Shown: positions 43,297 through 53,300 of the stretch, piece by piece | Layout: each line of letters begins with the position of its first letter | Position numbering within the stretch: the stretch's first letter is position 1 | The notes under the pieces: model-generated | Databases searched by the model: none | What the model was told of the DNA's origin: nothing | What the model saw: the letters and a program-made list of their open reading frames with translations, nothing else | DNA from: Phaeosaccion multiseriatum | Lineage: Eukaryota > Protista > Ochrophyta, other classes | Direction: 5' to 3' | Length of the DNA: 64,000 nucleotides | NCBI GenBank assembly: GCA_965112735.1 | Contig: OZ218953.1 | Location: forward strand, 1,736,001 to 1,800,000 | Program-made: the position numbers and the translations under genes

Positions 43297-45770
43297 TTAA
43301 GGGAATTCACACGACGGAGGGATGACGGCTTGTCCAAGGGGCCCGTAAGTTCCGTCGATATCACACTCCGCAAAGCTGGCCCAAGTGCATTGATCTGCGT
43401 TGCACTCCTCGGTGATGTTGTCCGGGTCACAGCAGAAGCAGTCCCACCTAATCGTTGAGGGAGTGGTGACATTTACAATCGCGCAGAAGCGGATTTGCAG
43501 AGCGGCGTGGGTGGGTGGGTGGGTGACAGAAGTGGGTTAGCATGTACTTCACATCACGCCGAGTCGGCCGAGACCGCGAGAAAGTAGTACAGGCAGCATG
43601 GGCGAGGCCAGGGCAGCAGCAGAAGAGAGTGAAGTGAAAGCAAAACAGCCAGACCGACAAAAAAAGTGTCGAATCAATCAATCAAACAAACAAACAGAAA
43701 GATGAGAATTGGTCCAAGACGTACGTGCATCCTCCCTCGGGCGTGTTGCACCCCTCTTCGCCCACAAGCCCCAACCACTCGTTGCTTGAGGCCGGGCAGA
43801 ACGCGTCAGGAAGCTCCGGGTCACAGCTATCGGGAGAGGGGCGGACGCCGTAGATAAGGGGCGCATACGTCCCGTCCTCCGCGCACCCGCCCTGAATCAA
43901 GGAGACGCACTGATCTCCATCGCACTCAGGGGTGACGTTGGCCTCATCACAACAGAAGCAATCGAACCTGGAGTGCATGTGTGCGTGCGTGCGTGCGTGC
44001 GTGAATACAAAGGGCCTGATGTGTACAAACATGCTCGTCCTCTGCTCACAGGACGAAAGGCAAAGCCCATGCTTTGCGTTGCAGTGATGATATGGTTGTG
44101 TTGGTGATACACGTTGGGGCAAAAGCCCATACAAGCAAGGCCAACTCACTTGCAGTTCTCCTCCAAGGTACAGCCCTGAACCCCAAAATCCTGGACAATC
44201 TCCCACTCGCTGATGGAGGGGGGGCACGCGTCTCCGTATGGGCAAGGAGGGAAGTCGAGCACTAAAAACGGTTCGTACCCTCCCTCAGCGGAGCAGCTAC
44301 CAAAGGCCGTCCACCCGCAGTTCAGTCCATCACAGGTCGGCGATAAGTCGTCGTTGTTACAGCAGTAACAGCCGTAACTGGGGGGCAAGGGGGTGAGGGC
44401 CGAGGGGGGGGTGGGGGGGAAGGGGAGCCAGGTTGGGCACAGACCTCGCTCTGACATGCCTCTCAGGAACAAGACGGGGGGCCTCTCCCTACTCTGCTGG
44501 GACTCACTTGCAGCTGCTGGTACAGCCCATGGCACCGTCCTCCACCAGCTGCGAGTACTCAGTTCCTGTACACGGGCAGGAAGGCCCGTTTGCGGGATCG
44601 AAGCCTGCACACGCGCAGAAGGAACGCAGGACACACCGCAATAAATCAGTAAGAGGGCATCGCAGTGCTGGAGATGGGACAGCTTCAGCGAGGCCCTTCG
44701 GCAAAAGCCAAAGCAAAGCAAAGCAGTGTGATAAGGAACTCACTTGCGCCTTCTGGGCAGAGGATAGGCTCGTCAGTAGGCTCATCTGGACAAGCCTCGA
44801 ATCCTCCAAAGCCGCAGTATCTGCCGCCCAGCAGGGGGTGAGAGAGTGAGGGGTGGGCAGGGTGAAAGCATAAGACATAAACAACGCACTTGACATATAT
44901 ACCAAAAGGGAGCCCTTCCTCCCCTTCGAAGTGGGGAAAAGACCGATTGCAGTGTCACTCACGCACACACGACGCACGCACGCACGCACGCACGCACGTA
45001 CCTGCAAGCGGGCAGGATTCCGCCCGCGTTGCACCCCAAGCTAATGCTTCCTTGGGGAGCGCACTGTGGCTCCGTGTAGCAGGGCTCGCCTGGGTTGAGC
45101 TCCAGGCACGCAACGCTGCAAGCCGAATTTGACTGCGACGGCGGCGGTGTCGTTATAACAACGGGAGGAGGAGATGGAGGCGGGGTCGGGGGCTCACAGT
45201 CACCGTCCGTGGTAGGGCAAGGCAAACAGACGACACTCTCGTAGGAGGGGCTCTCGCAGAATCTACACTCGGTCATGCCTCCGACTCCGCAACCCAAGCC
45301 ACCGTCGGCACAGGAAGGGTCTGCCGGTAGGGGAGGACGAGACAGGGGGAAAGACGTCGAGTAAAAGGGTCAGGAGAGGAGCGGCCCCCAACAGGAACCC
45401 ACTCTCTCGCGGACTGGCCATGCTTACCTACGAAACACTGCATGTATCCCGGGCACAAGTCAGCGCACATGTCACAGGCCTCTCTCCCGCAGGCCGTGGA
45501 CGGAGACGGAGGGGTGGTTGTGGACGGGGAAGGAGGCCCAGTTCCGCGAGGGTCCACAAATTGGCACCTCATCCTCCCGGTCAAGTCCGGAAAGCAGCCA
45601 GAGCCCGCAGTGTTGGTGAGGCAGTCTTCATTAATCACGCAAATCTCGCGGGTGCCGTCAGGGTAGATGCCGTTGCAAAAGCATTCCGCGCTGCTGATTG
45701 ACGCAGAGCTCGAGGCCACGTGAGCGCCCAGCAAAGTACCTACCACCGCCAGAACCGCGGGCTTCCTCAT
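43297..45770 (-). CDS. Secreted Cys-rich modular protein of unknown function
   Basis: Signal-peptide-like N-terminus MRKPAVLAVVGTLLGAHVASS. Three GxGCxxGGxxxCRFC-type modules are separated by Pro/Thr linkers. Three C(Y/F)CC-x6-C(D/N)xxxC..C..(D/E)GxYxP modules follow; the last exon (WDCFCCDPDNITEECNADQC...CEFP*) stops at 43297-43299. Confidence 0.75.
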
Positions 45771-46632
45771 TCTCCTCTTCTTCGATTTGGCGTTGGTGAA
45801 GCTCTTCGGCGTCAGTCTTCAAGGAGGTAAGCCAGCAGGAGAGAGGAGAGCGGCGCAGGTCCAATGCAGGAAGTGGTATGGAGTCTCACCACCAGCAATT
45901 CACGACTACGATGATATGCAACCCGAATTTCTGCAAACAAACAGCAAGTGTGATCGGAGAGCGGGTGCGAGGCCAAATTCATTGACTTATTAAGGGCACG
46001 CATTCTTTGGTCGCCATTTGAGGAAATGGAACCTCCTCTCATCTTTTTTCTTTTTTCGCTTCTATCCTTCCTTCGTATGGCCGACCCAGGAGGAGGATCG
46101 GCTCCACCAGCCCCGCGCCGCTCAACAGGCGCCCCACGCTCAAAACCCCGGACCCGCTCAGTCAGTCGAAGTAATTCGCAACGGCACCGGGTGTTACGAT
46201 ATAAGGCATCCCAATATGCCTTCAGTATCATCCAAACGGGGCAAAAGGTGAGCTCTGTGAGTCCTACCTTCACACCGGGGGGGTTGGTGCTACCGACACG
46301 TTCGCTCCTAAATACTGTCCCCATACCAATACCAATTTCCAGTTATTTTCCCAGGGTACCACCCTCAGGTATTTCACAGGCTCCCCCCCTCGGGAAATAT
46401 CCATCATGTGCCGCCGGTAGGACTCGAACCCACATTTTGTTACGATATAAGGCATCCCAATATGCCTTCAGTATCATCCGAACGTACGATATAAGGCATC
46501 CCAATATGCCTTCAGTATCATCCGAACGATTTTCAAAAGGTGAGCTCTGTGAGTCCTACCTTCACACCGGGGGGGTTGGTGCTACCGACACGTTCGCTCC
46601 TAAATACTGTCCCCATACCAATACCAATTTCC

Positions 46633-49576
46633 AGTTCTCTGTAGTCCGTATGTCTAATAGTACCGTGATGTGGGGCACCTGCCCCACGAAATTATGGTTT
46701 TGGATATTTTATGGGCCACAAATGCTGGTTTTTCAAGTTTTTTATCCAATATTTTTTGGTTGTGGGGCATTCTCCCCCCCCTCCCCACATGGATTTTTAT
46801 TCATTCACAGCATCAGCATATTTGCACAGGGCAGCTATGTAAGAGGAGCAGCGGCTGCGCGGACGATACCCGGCTGTAACAGCTGATGCCAGTGGTGGGA
46901 GGGGCATCTCCCACGTGAATTTGCAGGAGAACAGAGCATACCATGGCTGACGTCGCTGTTGCTACGGTTCCGGAAGCACCAGCAGCAGAGGGGGAAGAAG
47001 CACCGCTTACTGCAGAGCAGCAGCAGATTCAGAACCTCCGAAACAACACCATCGCCCCACGCTCGAGAAGTGGATATGCATGCGCCTCCACCATGCTGAT
47101 CCGATACCTCTTCCGCAAGCACCCGGAGCTTCTGGACCCTGACTTCAGGACAGCATTTGCTCCACCGGAAGGGGAAGAGGAGGAAGACGGGGAAGATGGG
47201 GAAGAGGAGGAAGCACAGAGGAGAGCAGCAGCAGCCGCAGCAGCCGCCGCACCTGGCGGAGCGGGTGGTGCCACTGCAGCGGCACAGCAGACGCCGGCTG
47301 AGGTGTCGAGAGCAGCGAAAGCCCAAGCAAAGGCCAAGAAGAAGGCTGAGGCGCAGTGGACGAAGCGGGTGAAGGCACACTTGATCCAAGCACCTCGGGC
47401 GCCGCACCCTTTGCTGTTCCATCTGCTGACAGCCGACGCGTTCTTCGGGTGGCTGCTTGAAGTCAAGAAGGGGCCGAAGGGCTTATCCAAGGCCGGTGCA
47501 CAGTCGAAACGCTCTGCACTCTTCAATCTGTACAGAGACTACCATCAGGAGGAACAGCACCGCAAATTGCAAAGCGACCTTGCGACGCTCACCAAGGGGC
47601 TGAAGAGGACGATCGCAGGAGAGAAGCAGGAGGGAAATGTCGAAGTCAGAGAAGGGAAGGCTCCCATGCCGTTCGCTCTCTACCGCGCTCTTGCCAAAGG
47701 TAAATTCCCAGCTGTGTGGAGTCAGTGGACAGTGGAAACTAGTGGAGTGGGTGGAGACAAGTGGCTGATGCATTGAATGCCCCCCACTCACTTCCTAGCC
47801 CTGACGCCGTCTTTGGTTGCCACTGTTTCCTTCGCTTGTGTACATCGCAGCAATGCTGAGCTCGGCAGTCTGTGAGAACGGGCACAGACAGGGCGCCTTT
47901 GGCCACCCCTTCCTCGTTCTCTCCTGGAATCTGATGTGCCGCGCCACCAACTGTGTGGAGATTTGTCTCGATCATCTCGAGTGGAAGGGGGACGCGCTCT
48001 GCGTCTATTTTGGGAAGCAAAAGGGCGATCAGCTGGGAGAGAAGGCCCGACATCCTCGCCACGTCTACGCGAATCCAATCATGCCGGAGATCTGCCCCGT
48101 CCTCGCGCTTGGTGTTTACCTCCTGAGCTTTGGTTTTGAGAAGAACGCGCTGTTCGCTGGCAACAATCAGTACGATAGGTATTGCGGCTTCCTCAGACGT
48201 ACGGCGGCGGCGAACTCGTCCATTTTGGAAGGCATGGGGCTGACTCCAGAGGACCTCGGCACTCATTCTGGGCGCAAGGGCGCTGCCTCGCACGTCACAA
48301 GCGGCTCGTCCGCTGCTCCCAACCCAATTGCTGTGCAACTTATGGGATGGTCTCTTCCCGGCGTGCAGGGCATCTACTTCAACCCCATCAATGCAGCAGA
48401 TCAGTATGTGGGCCGGGCTGCCTCCGGCGCGAACATCTCAGCGAAGGAGTTTGCATTGCTTCCTCCCTTTTTCAGCGCCTCAAGGTGGACGGCACAGCGA
48501 AGGAGGGCATTGAAGACGTGCTCGCGGGAGCCATTGTGAGCTGCTTCAGGGACGTGCCGCTGAGATTGAGGAAGGTGGCTGAATTCTGTCTTGCCAGTGT
48601 GGTGTACCACGCCGGCTTTCTGCGCAGCACTCTTCAGGAGAATCACCCTCTTTTCACGACACAGCTCTTCCGAGATCAAAGGTTGCTGGCGGACCTTTCA
48701 GAGCATGTCGTGCTGAAGTATCCGGACGAGACGGACGAGATTTCTGCAACCGGGATTCCTCCCCACGTCGTGCAGCTGAGGCAATTCCAAGTCGTGGCGG
48801 ACAGCGTGGCCTCTCTAGGCGGCAAGCTTGAGGTGTTGGGCCAGACGATCAAGGTCGACTTGGAGACGCTGATCCGTGACGTTCTGGAGGAGAATGCACA
48901 GGCCTCTGGCACTGTCACCAGTCTGGGTGTGAGCAGGGCCCTGCAGACGACCCTCGACGCAGCCTTTTCTAAGAGTGGGCTCAGCGACCTTCTCGCGGCT
49001 CACCAGGCAGGCACTCTGGGCCTTGGTGAGGGTTCGAGCAGCGCCCCGCCCTCTTCTTCTTGTGCAGGTGCAGATCAGCCACCTCTGTATCTCTACAACG
49101 GCCGGTGGCATACCCTTCCCGAGCACTTTGAGGTCCCTAGCTTCACTGTGCGCGCTGCTTGGGATGCTTGGATGACAGGCACTCCTCGCCTTCGAGAATT
49201 CACGACAGCAGACGTGCAGGGGAGGGCGGAGAAGCGAAGGATGTCAAAATTTTGCTGTTTGATGGGTGCGATTGAATCCGCGGCGAAAGAAAAGGGGCTC
49301 TGGAAGGACAAGCCGACGCTTGAAGAAGCGCGAAGCATGTTTGACGCAGTCAAAGACGCCTTTGACATCAAGTCTCGTTCTGATTCTCACAAGCGCCGCT
49401 TCAATCAGCTGGTGTGGACCACCGTGTATAATTTATGGAGCGCGCAGCAGGCGGACGCGAAAAAACGGGCGAAGCGGGCGAGGGCGAAGGAAAGTGGCAC
49501 TGGTGCAGACGAGTCGAAGGAGGGGGATGGAGGTGATAGCGGTGCAGAGGACGACGAGGAGGAGGTGGCAGCAGCA

Positions 49577-49610
<34 letters not shown>

Positions 49611-50226
49611 AACAGGAGGAGGCGGAGCCGGAGGAGGACGAGGAGGAAGGGGTGGGGGAAGGGGGGCCCAAAAAAAACAGCGTACTGGTACTGGTACTGC
49701 TTCTGATGCTGCTTCTGCTGCTGCCTCTGATGCGGCCGCTGCGGCCGCTACTGCCGCTGCTGCCGCGTCAGCAGCGCCGTCGTTGGGCGGCTTGAGAGAG
49801 GGAGACATGGCCTTCACATGCTCGTATGGCTGTACTAAGCCCTCGCAAGTCAAGCTGTTCCTCTGCCCATCCGAAAGAGCGTGTGGAAACCTCGTGCACC
49901 ACATGTGCACCGTCGAGTTTTGCGACAGCAAGGGTTTTGCGGAAGGCGATTTTGACTACTACTGTAAGCCATGCATGATTGAGGACGGACACTAAGTGTG
50001 TCTGTAAATATGAATACCATTGTTATCGTGGTAATACCATTAAATCGTCATATCATAGCGTAGTATATTTTGGAGGAGGAGGGGAGAGATACACACACAA
50101 AAAAGGAGGGGGGGGGGGAGGGGCGCTACTGGTCCATATTGGGTACTGTACTAAAAATACCCACTTTTAAAAAAATTGGGTACTAAAAATACCCACTTTC
50201 ACCGAGTGAGGCATTCATCAATAGTT
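46633..50226 (+). mobile_element. Crypton-type (CryptonS-like) tyrosine-recombinase DNA transposon
   Basis: Bounded by the direct repeat AGTT (46633-46636 and 50223-50226). The uninterrupted target ccAGTTattttccc is present at 46339-46352 and, inverted, at ~50449-50462. Encodes a YR protein. Confidence 0.88.
46943..49995 (+). pseudogene. Crypton tyrosine recombinase with putative C-terminal PHD finger; one intron and two apparent frameshifts
   Basis: GT-AG intron at 47700-47850. Catalytic-type motifs: LSWNLMCR (R), KQKGDQ (K), HVYANP..PEICPVLAL, DLGTHSGRKG (HxxR), GWS..GVQGIY (W, Y), DQYVGR. Frame changes 3->2 at ~48470 and 2->1 at ~49540-49560, then a C4HC3 finger at 49817-49974. Confidence 0.8.
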
Positions 50227-50369
50227 ATTTTCCCAGGGTACCACCCTCAGGTATTTCACAGGCTCCCCCCCTCGGGAAATATCCATCATGCCGCCGGTAT
50301 AATTTTTTTTTTTTTTTGCGTTCGGATGATACTGAAGGCATATTGGGATGCCTTATATCGTAACAAAAT

Positions 50370-50394
50370 GTGGGTTCGAGTCCTACCGGCGGCA
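50370..50394 (+). other. tRNA-like 3' fragment (T-arm, acceptor 3' strand and discriminator); inverted copy at 46409-46433
   Basis: GTGGG-TTCGAGT-CCTAC stem-loop followed by CGGCGGC-A; no 5' half is present, so it is not a tRNA gene. Confidence 0.55.
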
Positions 50395-53300
50395 TGATGG
50401 ATATTTCCCGAGGGGGGGAGCCTGTGAAATACCTGAGGGTGGTACCCTGGGAAAATAACTGGAAATTGGTATTGGTATGGGGACAGTATTTAGGAGCGAA
50501 CGTGTCGGTAGCACCAACCCCCCCGGTGTGAAGGTAGGACTCACAGAGCTCACCTTTTGTTACGATATAAGGCATCCCAATATGCCTTCAGTATCATCCA
50601 AACGTTCGGATAATACTGAAGGCATATTGGGATGCCTTATATCGTAACACCGGGCCGACACCACGGAAGCCCCCCCGGCCGGAACCCCAGCCACCGCATG
50701 AAGGCCCGGACGACAATGACGACCAGCCAAGACCTGTACTGCCTAGAACCGCTCAACAGCGAGCCCACTGCTCCCTTTCACGCATGCGCGCAGCACCCCC
50801 ATCCGGCTCACGCAGACTTCATCTCCAACGCCATCTTCCACAGCGCTCGCTAGCTACAGATCCACCGCACTTCCCCACCAGCTCCGACTGCGCCTACTGC
50901 CGCAGCTCGGAAACCCACGAGGACGTCATTAACCGCCTCCCTCCGGACACACTGCTACACGCCTCACAACCGCCTTCGCGCCCGGCTCGCGATCCCTTCA
51001 CCTGCCCCCCCACGCGATCCTGTAGGCCAGATCTGCCAAATCTGTGCCGGCGTTATCACTGCAGGAGAGGCGATCTCCCACCCCTGCGGCCACAGCTTCC
51101 ACCCCCGATGTCAGGCGGGCAGCATGGCCGACAGGGTGACCACCCCCGCCCTGCAAGACCTTCACCTTGATGCCCGCGGCACACTCCGCTGCATCAGCGT
51201 CCTCGACCAACGCGCCGGAAACGAGCCCTGCCTCACGCGCTAGGCCTACCCGCCGCTCATCACCTTCGACAACATCAGGACCCACTACGCCAATCAGCTC
51301 GCCGCCCACGACCTCGCACCGGAACAGCACGCCCAACTCACACGGGAACTGGACGCCATCACTACCAGCGTCATTGACCACCACCGACGACAGCTACCCG
51401 CCCCAGGAGGAGGACCGAGCCCCCCCCCCCCCACGGCCTCGAGCACAACATCGCCGCCCTCGGGAGAGACCGCCTCCTTATCTACCTGTCCGACAACGGC
51501 AACCAGCTCCTCCACACGAACCGCGGCAACGGTGGACAGGGCGACAGGGCGACAGGGCGACAGGGCGACGCTGAGGCCAGCAAGAACTTCTGCTGCGGCC
51601 TCTTCCCTCTCCAACAGAAGTGGACGAATGACGCACGACAAGCGGGCATCCCCGCACCCTGGGCCTACCAGGATGACTCCATCCCCGCATGGCGCGGCCA
51701 CCTCACCGGCTTCGAGCCCACCCTCGACAACTTCACCACCGATCTCGCCTCCGCCGGTCTTACCCGCCACACGGCCAAGCAACGATACCTTCCTCCCCCC
51801 GGCCACCACGTCACCCTGCGCTCACGCCTTCGTGAACCGCACCGGCGGCACCATCATCGAGGACGGCGGCTTGATCATTGTCGGCCTCCCAGTCGGCAGC
51901 GACGCCTTCATCAGAGGCCACCTCTCACAAGAAGGGGGGAGGGAGAGACCGACACGGAAGCCTCAACCTCGCCGAGCACATCGCCCTCATGCAGGAGACA
52001 CAGCCCGCCCTCCTTCTGCACACGAAGGCACTTGGGCAACAACAGCAACACCTTCTGCGCGCAGTCGCCCCCGCCCTGACGATCGACACCATTGCCTCCC
52101 CTGGCGACACTCTCAACCTCGCCGTCGGAGAGGCAATACTCCAACTCCCGGGAGCGGACAACATCGGAGACATCGTCGCCAGCGCCCCCACGGACCGACT
52201 GACGCACCTCCAGCAGCTCGCCCCACACCAGGCAGCACCAGCAAATCAATCTTCCTGCCACAATCCCAAGGCGGAGGGGGCTCGCTCTCCCTCACCAGCA
52301 CCGCTCTGCCAGCCTACGTGGGCGCAGCGGCCGACACCTTTCAATCGGTGGTCGCACCTGGGGCACTCTGGACGGAGGCAGAACTACACGAGATGGCTCC
52401 AGCTCTCCGCCTGGCTGAGTGGCACCTTCCAACATCTCCTCACCGCCATCCGGTCCTCCGTCGAAGACGAGCTCATCACCCGAGAACACGCGGAACTGAA
52501 CGTCCCCCTCCCCTGGGTCAACCTCACGCTCACCTCGGAAGCGGACCGTCAACGACACGAGGACGCCTTCGACACCAGCATCAGCCTCGCCGAGCGCAAC
52601 TGCTGGACTGGGCCCCACAGCAGCAGACCCAACGCGCCCTCCACCAGAGATACCTAGCGCCACAACGCCTCGCCAAGTATCGCGCATCACTGGACCGACA
52701 TCAAGACGACGCAGCTGCAGCCGATGCCGGCATGGAGTCTCGCCGACTGGCCAAGGCACCACACCTCAGCCAGAGCAGCCCCGGTGCCATGGGCTTCGTC
52801 GCCACCTCACCGGGACAGGTCTTCATGCCGGCCCAAGATATGGTGAGGGCCCTCCGATGGTCCCTCGGTATCATCTGCCTAGCTATACAGCCCAGGAGGC
52901 CCTGACGCCCTTGTCTGCACCCGCTGCAACACACGCGTGTAAGAAGGCATCCTTTTGCTAGGCTGACAGCTACCCCCGTGAACTTGTCTAAGCGGCTTAA
53001 GTCGCTTTTACACGCGCCGACTTCTCACACGCCATCCAGTGCCCCAACCAGGGCACGCTCTACCACACCGGGATGCTCTCCTCCATCGAGGACATGCCCA
53101 AGCAGAACTTCGTCTCCCGCGTCGGGCACGAGAGCTCGGAGTACTTCCTCCCCCTGCACAACATCGCCAGGACCTTCCGCATGGACGCCACCCTCCCCCG
53201 CCGCGCCCTCTCCGGAGCTGGCGACCCAACCATTGCCCACCTGGCGCACATGCTGGACCTCACCCTGAGTAACAACCTCTACAGGACGGCCCTGGATGTG

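Larger units (their letters stand above)
46192..50649. mobile_element. Inverted-repeat element with TGTTACG...CGTAACA termini and 5-bp target-site duplication CCGGG
   Basis: 47-bp terminal inverted repeats (46192-46238 and 50603-50649, 2 mismatches); CCGGG at 46187-46191 and 50650-50654; internal ~240-bp inverted repeat, 46243-46484 versus 50319-50558. Confidence 0.85.

Noticed and set aside
46192-46528. Unit A copies as CRISPR repeats or a hammerhead ribozyme
   Set aside because: Spacing is irregular, orientation is mixed, and the intervening sequence is itself repeated. No CUGANGA/GAAA hammerhead core is visible.
45812-46886. ORFs 46026-46886(+), 45812-46324(-) and 50225-50575(-) as genes
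   Set aside because: They read through the A/U repeat modules with no recognisable motifs; only the MADPGGG start plausibly belongs to the retroelement.
50370-50394. Functional tRNA gene
   Set aside because: Only the T-arm and 3' acceptor strand are present; there is no D-arm, anticodon arm or 5' acceptor strand.
46192-50649. DIRS/Ngaro YR-retrotransposon with split or inverted repeats
   Set aside because: No RT/RNase H lies inside, the YR gene has a spliceosomal intron, and the repeated B-C junction is an empty target rather than a circle junction. The neighbouring retro-like sequence is of the RLE non-LTR type and lies outside the TSD.
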